Part shown: positions 1-19,690 of the stretch, one piece after another
Layout: the number at the start of each line of letters is the position of its first letter
How positions within the stretch are numbered: position 1 is the first letter of the stretch
NCBI RefSeq assembly: GCF_009914755.1
Contig: NC_060929.1
Reading direction: 5' to 3' (one strand)
Length of the DNA stretch: 64,000 nt
Source: the human T2T-CHM13v2.0 reference genome, Homo sapiens
The notes under the pieces: model-generated
What the model was told of the DNA's origin: nothing
Databases searched by the model: none
Seen by the model: the letters and a program-made list of their open reading frames with translations, nothing else
Program-made: the position numbers and the translations under genes

Positions 1-1409
1 GATGTCGTTTGTGATAACTGAGCTTATTAACGATGGTTGGCTGACTTCCAGCCTAATATGTATTTTTAAAAAGATAGTTAAAACAATTTCGGTTTGTTTT
101 TGGAGTGGATTTTGCTAGTGGCCTTTATAATGATATTTTCTCTTTCATAAAAGTTTATCTAATTATTGGTTCCTCTCCATTTTCTCAGATAGCACACACC
201 CTTTCCAGGACAGAAATTTGTATCATTGGGTGCATAGGAAAAAACTTTATACAAAATGTGGCTGTAAAGTGATCAGATTGATTCTAAAAGAGACATTTGA
301 ATTCCAGCTGAGTTTCTGAGCTACTCCTCAAATAAAGAGAGAAGAGGTCTTCTATAAGGGGCAAGCCAAGGGATGAGACACACACCCCTTCTATGGGTTA
401 CCTAGAAAGTCACATTTCTTGGGGGTGTAAGTCATATAGAATATTTAAATTTCTGCAAAAATAATGAGCAAAGTAAAAGGAAAATCTAGACTATGCAAAA
501 ATTATTAGTTTAAAATACCTAGGAGACTATTTATTGGTTTAAACAAATGATATAAGCCTAAGATTAGTTGATGGAGATTTTGGGTTCAAGCAACCTAGTA
601 ATTTCACAGCTCCATATATTTCAGTTGAAGCTTCCTGTAAAGATTGCATCATCAGTATACTCTTAAATCAATCCAGGCTACACTTATGGATATGCTTACA
701 TTAAGATAAAAGCCTTGTGCCATCCATTTCACACTGTAAACTATAATTTCTACTTCACTTCCTATGCAGTCGCCACTAGAGTTCTACACTTAGCATGCAT
801 TCTGCTGACAAAGAAGAAACATAAAGGAGTGTTGTGCGGTAAAAAAAATTTTAAAAAAAGAACAAGCATTATTTCTCTTCAAAATCTGTTTAAAGGGGAA
901 ATAAGACACGGCATAGAAAGAGGGACCTATTTGTCCACAAATTGAAAATTGGAGAAAGACCAAATTAGAGTATATTTTCTTCTGAGCTTCTCAAGGTATC
1001 TCAATAGCCTTGAGCCCAAAAAGAAAGCAGTCCCCCAGCATTGCCCTCAAAACAAAACAAAAACCCAGGAATCTTCCACTAAGGGCTTCTGTCTATTGCG
1101 ATGGGTTTTCTTGGGTGTACACTGAGAAGATAGAAAGACCTGTAATAGGAAAAAGCTTTGTTTTCTAAAAAGTGAGAAAACTTGATGGAGGATGGAATCA
1201 AAACCTGGTTGTGAATACTGTCTTCTCTCATACTTCCATGGCACCAGGAGGGCAAGTCAAATTTTATGGGCCTCCAAGACTCTGCAGAAGAGACTCCCAG
1301 GCTGAATACAAGCCTTAGGCCACTGGAATATGCTGGTTTTCCTACCATTCACCGTTTTGGTACTTATCAGTTACATTTTTTCCTCCCACTCCTTCCACCC
1401 CTTATTTAC

Positions 1410-1500
1410 TCTATGTGATTTTGAGCAAGTACTTTTACATCTAAAGATATTTTCTCATCCCTAAAATAAGAACAAGGTGATAGAGAATCACTGTAACTAC
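1410..1500 (+). mobile_element. MIR fragment
   Basis: tgtgattttgagcaagt...ttttctcatccctaaaataag resembles the MIR core. Confidence 0.5.
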
Positions 1501-1665
1501 AAGTCCAATAGAATAAGGTTCTATTTCAGATTGTCTCAGCCTTAATATTTAGTCTACTAACTGGGCAACATTTTAGATTCTATTCCAAATTCCCTCAAAC
1601 CCTTTCTAACATCAACAGACTAATTCCCTTAGCCCCACTCCTTCCTCATTAAAATAAAATCACTG

Positions 1666-2036
1666 GGCTGGGCACTATGGCTCCTGCCTGTAACCCCAGC
1701 ACTTCAGGAGGCCAAGGCAGGAGGATCACTTGGGGTAAGGAGTTTGAAATCAGCCTGGGGAGCATAGTGAGACCCCATCTCTAAAAAAAAAAAAAGAATT
1801 AACTGGGTGTGGTGGTATGCATCTGTAGTCCCTGGTACTGGGGAAGCTGGGGCAGGAGGATTGCTTGAGCCTAGGAGTTTGAGGTTGCAGTGAGCTATCT
1901 TTGTTGCAGTGAGCCATGTTGTTGCAAATAACCAGATCTCATTCTTTTTTTTATGGCTGAATAGCACTGCATTGTGTATATGTACCACATATACCAGCCT
2001 GTGTGACAGGGCAAGACGTGTTTCTAAAAAAAAAAA
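1666..2036 (+). mobile_element. AluJ-like element with an internal L1-derived insert
   Basis: ggctgggcactatggctc...ggaggatcacttg; two arms; A-tail. Confidence 0.9.
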
Positions 2037-2629
2037 TTTTTTTTAAATACTCTGCAGTATTTTTTCAAAATCTACAGTCACTTTTTCCTAATAATCAACT
2101 TTAAAAAATATTTCAAAATAAGCTTGAATTTGGCCCTTTGCTCTCACAACACCAAAACACCATTTTCCCAATTACAGCACAGCAAACACACGACATTCAT
2201 TTCTGTCTTCTGAATTTTCTGCATGATTTCCTCTTTGAAAGTTTTCTTTTTTAGTTCACCTATTCACCCAAACCTTCATTCCCCAAAACAATTCACCAAA
2301 TTATGCTGCCCTTTCATTCAGACTGTGCTTGGAATTTCCCCAGCAATTATCAGTGATACCAGGCTCTTGGGTACAGCCTTCTCTATATTGTCATGTAGTT
2401 GTTCCATGTGTTTATTCTTGTCTCTCAAAAAAAACAGGGGCGGCCTCCAAGCCAGCAAAAGTTTATCGTAAAAAAAAGAAAATCTGTGTACTCTCCTCCC
2501 CAATATCACTTTATATACCCCACACACTTGAATTACTGATGTGTGAACATGTACATTTTCTTCCTAATCTAGGCCAAACCTCTTCAGCCAACAGTAGCAT
2601 TATAGTAAGAGGGTTTTTTAATTCTTTTT

Positions 2630-2775
2630 TTTAAAGTTTTTTTTTTTTTAATTTAAAAAAATGATTTGGGGGTCTCACTATGTTGTCCAGGCTGGTCTCA
2701 AATTCCTGGGTTCAAGCCATCCTCCTACCGCAGCCTCCCAAGTAGCTGGAATTGCAGGCACATGCCATGCCTGGT
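2630..2775 (-). mobile_element. Alu monomer or fragment
   Basis: ggggtctcactatgttgtccaggctggtctcaaattcctggg. Confidence 0.8.
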
Positions 2776-2927
2776 GATTCATTTATTTCAAATAGTTATC
2801 TTTTCTTTTTTAAAATCTAGAAGGACATAGTCTTGTAATAAATGTCCCAAGTAATATTTTAAATATGAGGCATACTTCTACTTATGCAATTAAGTGTAAA
2901 TGTTATATAAAATGTTAGTTTAAGAAA

Positions 2928-10965
<8,038 letters not shown>

Positions 10966-11646
10966 CTGCAAAATGTTAATATTTTTAATGTCATTATTTA
11001 CAATATTAAGGTAAAAGAAAAACTTGCAGTCTTTAAAATCTAACAACATAGGTTTTGTGAATGACACAGTTCTCTATAAAAGTATTGTAGCTTTGGAGTT
11101 ATCCCCATACTCCTGGTTATTACACAACTGTGTAACCCATGGCTTTTCTGAACTTTAATCTCCAGCCTCCTTACACAGGTGCATAAGATGGCTCCAGTAC
11201 TTCATAAACTAAAGCAAGGGCGAATTAAGATATGGCCTGATGCTCTCTAGGGAGATGTTCTAAGGAGGGATAAAGAAGACTGGGCATGGCGAACTGTAGC
11301 CCACCCAGAGTGCTGAATCTGTGACAGTGAAATAAACCTACACTTCAGAAAGTGCTCTGAGAACCTAACATAACTCATCCCTCTATCCTTTGTAAGTAGC
11401 AACCTGGAAGGCAGCATCAGGCAGAGTTTTTTAATTAGACAGCTATGTATTTTGTCAGAAAATTTACTAAGCAGTTGGCTAAAAGAATGATTATCTCGAG
11501 CTGCACTAACTCTGATTAGTATCCATTAAACATCTATGGTTTTGGAGAAACCTCAAAGATAGCCAGCTATGTGCCAAAGAACAGACCAATGGCTATCAAT
11601 ACCACAAAGTTAGCACAAATATAAACCGCATAGTTTGTAGGAAAAG

Positions 11647-11652
11647 TTTATT
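11647..11652 (-). terminator. Candidate distal polyadenylation signal AATAAA (about 2.2 kb 3' UTR)
   Basis: Plus-strand tttatt; GT/T-rich sequence follows on the minus strand. Confidence 0.5.
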
Positions 11653-11814
11653 TAATGGGGAGACTAAGACGATGCAAGATGGTTACTAGAAAAACATCTT
11701 TCAGTCTGGATAAATACACAACAAAGGATCATAGCTGAAATACCAGTGACCATCACAATAGGAAAGGTGGTCAGCTTGTGGAATTTTCCTTTTGGTAACC
11801 TTAAGAAGTCATTT

Positions 11815-12040
11815 TAGCAGTACTAACCATACAGTATATGTCAGGCACTGTAATAAACTCTTTACAAGTGGTACTTCATTTAGTCTTCACGACACTGAGG
11901 TATACTATTAAATGTCCCCATTTTACAAGTAAAAAAATTGAGGTTAGAGAGGCCACAGAAGGTACCTGAGGTTTGGGAAGTGTAGAACCAGGATTTAAAT
12001 CTGGAACTCCTAGGCAAAAAAAAGTGTTTTAACAATCACA
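11815..12040 (-). mobile_element. MIR
   Basis: tatgtcaggcactgt...cccattttacaagtaaaaaaattgaggttagagagg...ccaggatttaaatc. Confidence 0.7.
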
Positions 12041-12901
12041 ATATACAGCTTTACATTAGTAAAATTTTGAATTTGTTTTTGTTCATTGTTCACTATGCAT
12101 GTTTTAAAATGTGAGGGTTATAGCTTATCTGTTAGGACAAACTCTCTAACTTCTAATTGATGGCTAGCCAAACATATCTTCAAAAAATAACTATTATAAT
12201 TATACCTTAGTTTTCAACAACCAAAACAACATATCCAAAAAAAACTAAATTCCTTAACAGATCATTTATTAGTAAATCTTCAATAACTAGCACTAATCTT
12301 TGCCCAAATGAGGTAAGGCCTCCATTTCTGATTGGAATAATTAATTCCTTGGCCCACAAGAAATCTTAGGCTATTAAAGGTAAAAATCATGTTTGTCTTG
12401 AGTTTCTTAATAGTAATGGGCTTTTTATGTAGTAGATACTCAAAAGTCAACTGAGTCAACTAGGTAAAGCTGAGCAGGATAAGGCTTTATTCCCAATTTG
12501 CTTTCATAGCTCTGAATATAAGAAAATGACTCCAAAATAAACATTCTGTGGTTCTATTAAGCTGTTTTCAACTTTACATTATAAAAATGCTTAAAAGTTG
12601 AGAGATTATACAAAATGAATACCTGAATTCAAAGATATATCTAAAATGCAAAGCAAGGGTATTTAAATATTTGAATGTCAGGTAACTTTTGAGGGAAGAG
12701 GAATTGGCATTTTCTAGCTTCTATATATTTAAGCCAATTTATTAGATAATTACAGGTCTTGCAAATAGCTAGTAGAGTTAATTTGGCAAAGGTGAAAGGG
12801 AATCTGCTGTCTTTATCAATCTTGGAAAAGTCTGTACTATATTCCCTCTGGTAGAACATAATTAGGGATGCAAGTAATCCTGTTTGGTGACTATGGGGTG
12901 A

Positions 12902-12920
12902 TATTGCCATCTAGTGGCCA
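12902..12920 (-). promoter_or_regulatory. CTCF-like motif TGGCCACTAGATGGCAATA
   Basis: Close match to the CTCF core CCASYAGRKGGCR. Confidence 0.6.
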
Positions 12921-13713
12921 TTTTTCGCTGCAAGTGATCCCCTTTTCCGACTTATGCGGCAATGAAGAGACAATAATCAGGTGCATACACTTAAGCACTC
13001 ATCTTTACATCTCACTGAATTATAAAGTCCTTGAGGAAGGGACCATGGCTATGTATTTTCTTTCCTGCATTAGGTATTTGTTAACCTTGAGGTGAGAACA
13101 TGTTCCGGACCCACTTATATAATAAGCATATGAGAAAGAACATTTCATTCCTCATTCTACTCCACCTTCCCCAACCCCTAACTCTTCTGCTACTCAGGCC
13201 TGCTTACAAGCTGCCAACTGTAAAAATTGTGGTAGACTATCTCAAGTAAGTTTCCATTCTCATGACCACATTACCAATGTAAGTGGCACAAAACAGATTA
13301 TTAATCAATTAATTAAGCAAATTGTGCATCACTGGCTTATCTTTACTTCCAAAGGCTTATCTTTACTTCTAAAGAAAAATAAGACAGTGAAGTCCTCCAG
13401 TTGCCAAATAAAATGCAACCAAATTGTCAGCAGAATTTCAGAATCATTATGATTCTAATAGCCATGTTTTATTGAATGCTTAAGAATGTGCTAAACATTG
13501 TTCTAATTGCTTTATGTGCATTGTAGCATATCATCCTCAACAAACAGAAAACAACAAAAATGTTATTTAGATTTTTAAAAATATGCAAATGTCTCTAATA
13601 AAGTTACGTAACTGTAGTTACCCAAATTACTTTGAAAAAAATGGACTGCTTTGGCAGGTAATTATTCTTTGCAAGACACATACTGAATGACCAAATTTAT
13701 AGATGAAAGAGGG

Positions 13714-13723
13714 TTTATTTATT
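13714..13723 (-). terminator. Proximal polyadenylation signal (overlapping AATAAATAAA)
   Basis: Plus-strand tttatttatt about 100 nt past the RIOK2 stop codon. Confidence 0.65.
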
Positions 13724-13824
13724 AATATATGATAGCCTTGGCTCAAAAAAGACAAATGAGGGCTCAAAAAGGAATTACAGTAACTTTAAAAAATATATTA
13801 AACATATCCAAGATCCTAAATATA

Positions 13825-13989
13825 TTATTCTCCCCAAAAGCTGGCTGCTTCCAAACTTGATTTGATATTTTGCATGTTTTCCCTACGTTGCTTGGTAAAT
13901 ATATTTGCTTCTCCTTTCTGCAATCGACGTCTGACAGCTGATTTTTGCTGTTTTGTCAACTGACGTTTCACCTTCTGTTTCACCAGTTC
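13825..13989 (-). CDS. RIOK2: RIOK2 coding exon 10 (ELVKQKVKRQ...SLEAASFWGE*)
   Basis: Acceptor TTCCAG|GAA; TAA at 13827-13825; all exons sum to 1659 nt = 552 aa + stop. Confidence 0.97.
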   Translation of the reverse strand, partial: ELVKQKVKRQLTKQQKSAVRRRLQKGEANIFTKQRRENMQNIKSSLEAASFWGE

Positions 13990-14211
13990 CTGGAAAGATT
14001 TCATAAATTAGTATTACTGATAATGAACCATTTCAAAAAGTACACTGCTAATATCTGTTCTATTTATATATTGACACCATGAATTTTAAGATTCCAAACA
14101 CTGACAGTACTATATAGAAACTGTTATATAGGAGAAATTAAATTCCAAACAGAAATACAGATTATATAGCAAAAAATATAGTGTATAGGCAGAATTTTTA
14201 AAAAATTACCA

Positions 14212-14230
14212 TAGTGCCACCTAGTGTCCA
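14212..14230 (-). promoter_or_regulatory. CTCF-like motif TGGACACTAGGTGGCACTA
   Basis: Close match to the CTCF core; same orientation as the motif at 12902. Confidence 0.55.
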
Positions 14231-14661
14231 TCATGAAAACTGATGGAAAAAACAAGATGAAACTGCTTGTTCCTCTGCTTTTTAGGTTAAAAGTAGGCTT
14301 TTAGAGTAGATTTTGTATAGAAAATTATTTTTGAAAGCATTCAGTATTGCTGAATATATCCAAGAATGCCTTCACAGTTTCAGCTGTAGAATTGACCTGA
14401 TGGTAGCAATCACCCATGGAAAAGTCTTCATATGTCTTTTGATCATAAATTCAAGTTACTTATCAGTTAAGATACACTGTGCAAGTCACATGACTTACAA
14501 GATGAATAAGAAATGTGAAATACTCAGTTCACAATGACCTTTTCTTTCTCTGAAGCACTACAGTCTGTTATTTAATAACTGTATATAACCTTGTATCATT
14601 CAACTTTTCTCCTAAAAAAGAAGATAGCTGCAAAACTCTGCAAAGCCAGGAACAAGGGTCT

Positions 14662-15323
<662 letters not shown>

Positions 15324-15409
15324 TTATACCATTAACATGTACGTCCAAGTGTCTGAGGCTTACACACCTTATAATCCTCACAGTGACCAAGCTCATTAAT
15401 CTTCAGCTC

Positions 15410-15765
15410 ATATGAAGAATGACTCATCCACCTCAAACCTGATCAATTTATCAAGTGACCTACATTAATTTTTTGAAACTCATCAGTTTGTATTCTAAGA
15501 AAAAATTACTTGAAATTTAGTCAACAGGCTGCCTAAAATCAGGACAATTGAAAAAGAAGGTGTTTTGAGTTTTACCAACAAAAAGTCATTTGGCCTTCAT
15601 TTTACACATAATGGTGGCAGGACACAACTCTACCACATCCTTTGAGCAACATTCATTTATTAAAATCAAAGAAAGTACTGGTTTCAAGACAAGTCAAAAA
15701 GCAATCAACAGAAGTCTGTACCTGAAAGGCATACATTATTGTTTAATGAGACAAGGCAATCAGAT
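15410..15765. repeat. Diverged direct duplicate of 17600-18276 (exon 8 3' end and intron 8 start, without the Alu)
   Basis: Colinear shared blocks, e.g. attacttgaaatttagtcaa, aaaaagcaatc.acagaagtct.tacctgaaaggc, gacaaggcaat. Confidence 0.9.
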
Positions 15766-15814
15766 CACAGTAGTGATGTAATAAACATTCAGTACATGTT
15801 GAATGACTACTTAC

Positions 15815-15911
15815 TGGAGGAATTGTTGAACAGCTTACAGCACTGCCTGAAGAAGTGATACTCAGAGTTCTTGTTCTATACTGATTCATAGCTCCCACAT
15901 TTTCTTCATCT
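15815..15911 (-). CDS. RIOK2: RIOK2 coding exon 9 (DEENVGAMNQYRTRTLSITSSGSAVSCSTIPP)
   Basis: Read manually; acceptor TTTTAG|A, donor CCA|GTAAGT; 97 nt. Confidence 0.96.
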
Positions 15912-16581
15912 CTAAAATTAAAAAACCCACAATTTATCTAGTTAATTTGTATAATGTAATGAATCCCATTTGATTAATTTATATTATTTTTTGCATGCAG
16001 CAAAACTGAAGACATAAAATACTTCAGAAAGATCATTATATTTTAAAATTTCTGTGAAGATAAAACTACCTACTGTTAAGTTCTATACATTAACAATTTT
16101 CATTTTCCAGCATTTTGTTAGTCACTATCAAAATTTAAAAACAGTAGAATGCTTAAGCCATTGAAATTTATCACCTCCCCACAATTCATCTTCCCTTTTC
16201 TAATAATCCTCTCCTCTTCTTTCACTGAACTATATAAATCTGTCTCTCCCTATCTAAATTTTTGAGACTCTTTCCACCTTCACAAACAGAAGATATAATG
16301 GAAACAGACAGTACTCATTATAGTCAGCTCCACTAGGGTAGGAAAATCTGCAACCTAGAGACTAATGTTTTTCACATGGCTCAAAGTTTCAATATATGCA
16401 ATGTATAAAAACTCGGACGATATTAACTCCTAACAGTTAATATTTTTCAGCAACATCTGCTGTTCTGCTTTTACTTTGAATGGAAGTTTTGCCCAGCATG
16501 TATCCAGAGTGGGAACAAAATTATTGTTCCCATTCTGAGTTTAAAAGACCATTTAATCCTATATAGATTTTCTTCTATCAC

Positions 16582-17021
16582 TGTGATGGTTAATTTTATA
16601 TGTTAACTTGACTGGGCCTCAGGGTGCCATATATTTGGTTAAACATTAACTTGGGTGTGTCTTTGAGGGCGTTTCTGAATCAATAAACTGAGTATAGCAG
16701 ATTGCCCTCCCCAGTGTGGGTGGACCTCATCCAATCCATTGAAGGCCTGATGAGAACAAAAAGGCAAAGTAAGAGAGAACTGTCTTTGAACTGGGACATG
16801 GGTCCTCTCCTTTCTTTGGATGTGGACTGGAACTTATGCTATTGTCTCTTCTGGTTCTTAGCTCTTTGGATTTGGACTGGAACTGTACCATGGGCTCTCC
16901 TTGGTCTCTAGCTTGTTGACTACAGATCCTGGGACTTCTCAGCCTCCATAACCCCATGGGCTAATTCCTTAAAATAAATCTCCTATTTATTCTGTTTCTT
17001 TGAAGAATCCAGTCTAATACA
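16582..17021 (+). mobile_element. MLT2-like (ERVL) solo LTR
   Basis: Starts tgtgatggttaattttatatgttaacttgactggg; ends ctaataca. Confidence 0.85.
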
Positions 17022-17680
17022 ATCACTTACTCAAAATCCTGAGCCTCTGTCACCCCTCTTTTCCTTTTAAGCTTCTGATTTAATTTTCCAAGTTTATTAT
17101 TTAAATGGCAGTAGCCCTGTGACACAGATACACAGCTATATGAAAAAGGAACAAAATTCTCATGTTTTGCTTCAGGAATAAAACTTTAAAGATAAAGGTA
17201 GGCTTAAGATATAAGCCCAAACATGTACTGAAAAATGTTTAATAAATGTATTGCTGAACTAATTTTAATTGTCATATTACTATTTTGAAATAAATAAAAC
17301 CAATATTTCATTTAACTACAATTTGATTCTGAATAAGCAATCCCAAATCCAAAAATTAAGTTTTAGAACTTTTCCTAATCTAAGCTGAGCCTGATTAATA
17401 TTTACAAAAAAAAATTATTAAAAGAAAACATAATATCATTAGATAATTTTAACTACACATGAACAAAGGATAGAAGGCTCAAGGTACTAGAGAAAATTCA
17501 CTGCAGATGTTTCATATAGAAAGTACATTTATTGCATGTTTTAATATTTACATGCCTTTACATAACTCAAACACACATCAGATGTGTAATTAGGAAAATA
17601 TATGAGGAATAACTCATCCATCTAAAACCTGATCAATGTATCCAGAGACCTGCAATAATTTTAAAATCATCAGTTTGTAT

Positions 17681-17985
17681 ATATATATATATTTTTGAGA
17701 CGGAGTTTTTTGCTCGTCACCCAGGCTGGAGTGCAGTGGTACGATCTTTGGCTTACTGCAACCTCTGCCTCCCAGGTTCAAGTGATTCTCCTGCCTCAGT
17801 CTCCCAAGTAGCTGGGATTACAAGCACAGGCCACCATGCCCGGTTAATTTTTATATTTTTAGTAGAGACAGGGTTTTGCCATGTTGGCCTGGCTGGTCTC
17901 AAACTCCTGACCTCAGGTGATTTGCCTGCCTTGGCCTCCCAGAAGTGCTGAGATTACAGGCATGAGCGAGCCACTGTGCCCAGCC
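17681..17985 (-). mobile_element. AluS-like element in intron 8 with 13-bp TSD catcagtttgtat
   Basis: TSD at 17668-17680 and 17985-17997; tail partly converted to (TA)n. Confidence 0.92.
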
Positions 17986-18202
17986 ATCAGTTTGTATTTT
18001 AAGGCAGAATTACTTGAAATTTAGTCAATAGGCTGCCTAGAATCAGGTCAATTGAAAAGGAAGCTATTTTGAGTTTTTAACAACAAAAAATTATTTGGCT
18101 TTCATTTTATACATCAAGGTGGCAGAATACAATTTTGTCACATCATTTGAAAAAAACATTCTTTTACTAGAATCTAACAAAGTATCAGTCTCAAGACTAA
18201 AG

Positions 18203-18230
18203 TTAAAAAGCAATCGACAGAAGTCTATAC
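18203..18230 (-). CDS. RIOK2: Alternative C-terminus (YRLLSIAF*) by read-through of the exon 8 donor, predicted 474-aa isoform
   Basis: In-frame TAA 28 nt into intron 8; minus-strand AATAAA downstream at 17528-17533; I recall a short annotated isoform of this type but cannot verify it here. Confidence 0.7.
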
Positions 18231-18755
18231 CTGAAAGGCCTGAATTCTCTATTTAATGACGACAAGGCAATTAGATGAGGGCATTCATCTTCATACTCGT
18301 CAGAGCCAGCAGGGACTCCTCCTTGAACTCTCTGACCATCTTGCCTGTTGTAATTTTCAGTTCTGTTTTTCTCCTCAGAAAATTCAGTTACAGAGTTGTT
18401 TTCAACAACCTGCCCTTTTATTTCTTCTAAAGCTTGATTGAATTCAGTCATTTCAAAACTCCGTGCATCAGCACTCTCTTCTGATAAACTGTCTTCCTTT
18501 ATTTGTTCAGGGTCTCCAGATGATCTGCAATAGCAGCCCTCTGATTCTTCTAGACAGTTCCGTTCACTTTCATTTTCTGACCCGTAAACCTCTGCTTTTT
18601 CTGCCACTTCTCCATCTGAAAATGAGAATTCAGATCCCTCTTTTGTTTCAATATTTTTATCATCTGGACCTAATGGATGAAGCAGTTCATCATCTGCCTG
18701 CATTTCCTTTGTGTAGCCACTGGCAGAAACCTCCACATCAAGAGTGTCTTCTCTC
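18231..18755 (-). CDS. RIOK2: RIOK2 coding exon 8 (acidic region, including NES-like FEMTEFNQALEEI)
   Basis: Within ORF 18203..18775; acceptor TTCTAG|G, donor AG|GTATAG; 525 nt. Confidence 0.97.
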
Positions 18756-19486
18756 CTAGAAAAAAAAGGCGTCAAGCATAGAAAGAGAGAAAAAATGTTT
18801 ATCTAAGAGGAGCAAATATCTACTACTCTGATAAATTATGATTCAAGTGAGTTTAATAGCTTATATGTTAAAAATAAATTTTCCTTCCCTAAAATGTAAT
18901 ATTTAAATGACACAGGTAAACAAATATGAAAGGTATATGCTGGCTGTCATTTTAAGAATAAAATAACTGAAAAGCAACAATATAAATAAAAAGGTTATAA
19001 AAACCTCAGCTTATGTTTATTAACTTTGTAAATTAACTTTCAAAGGGGGCTAAGGATTTCCTTCAGATTATGTGACTCATCCCAGATCAGAAAATATCTT
19101 AAGTGTATAAAATAAATATGAGAAAACTGAGCTTTGAGAATGCACATGATAGTTATGTTTTGAGAATCAATTAAAGATACCTCCTGGTCCTTGATAAAGG
19201 AAAAACACAAATTTCAATGAATGTTTGGTGTTATTCCTTATGAATGAGTTACTCAAATAGCATCCAAAATAGAATAAAAGTTCTTGAATTTATAAGAATC
19301 TAGATATGTCCGCTTCCTAAAATTCAGTAACAGTGCCTTAATGGACCAAATGCAGGTATTTTCAAGTTTTTAAGTTTCAGTTATGTACTACAGAGCAATG
19401 ACATCTAACAGTGATTACGTGTCAAAATTTGGAAAGTTTTTTAGATGAAAATGTTAATTTTTAGAAATACACAGACCAGATATTTA

Positions 19487-19690
<204 letters not shown>

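Noticed and set aside
1-1400. Unique sequence with short ORFs; possible neighbouring gene exon
   Set aside because: No recognisable protein, CpG island or convincing exon. A regulatory role cannot be judged from sequence alone.
13334-13373. 20-bp tandem duplication in the 3' UTR region (similar ones at 36826-36870 and 52637-52675)
   Set aside because: Ordinary two-copy slippage duplications with no sign of function.
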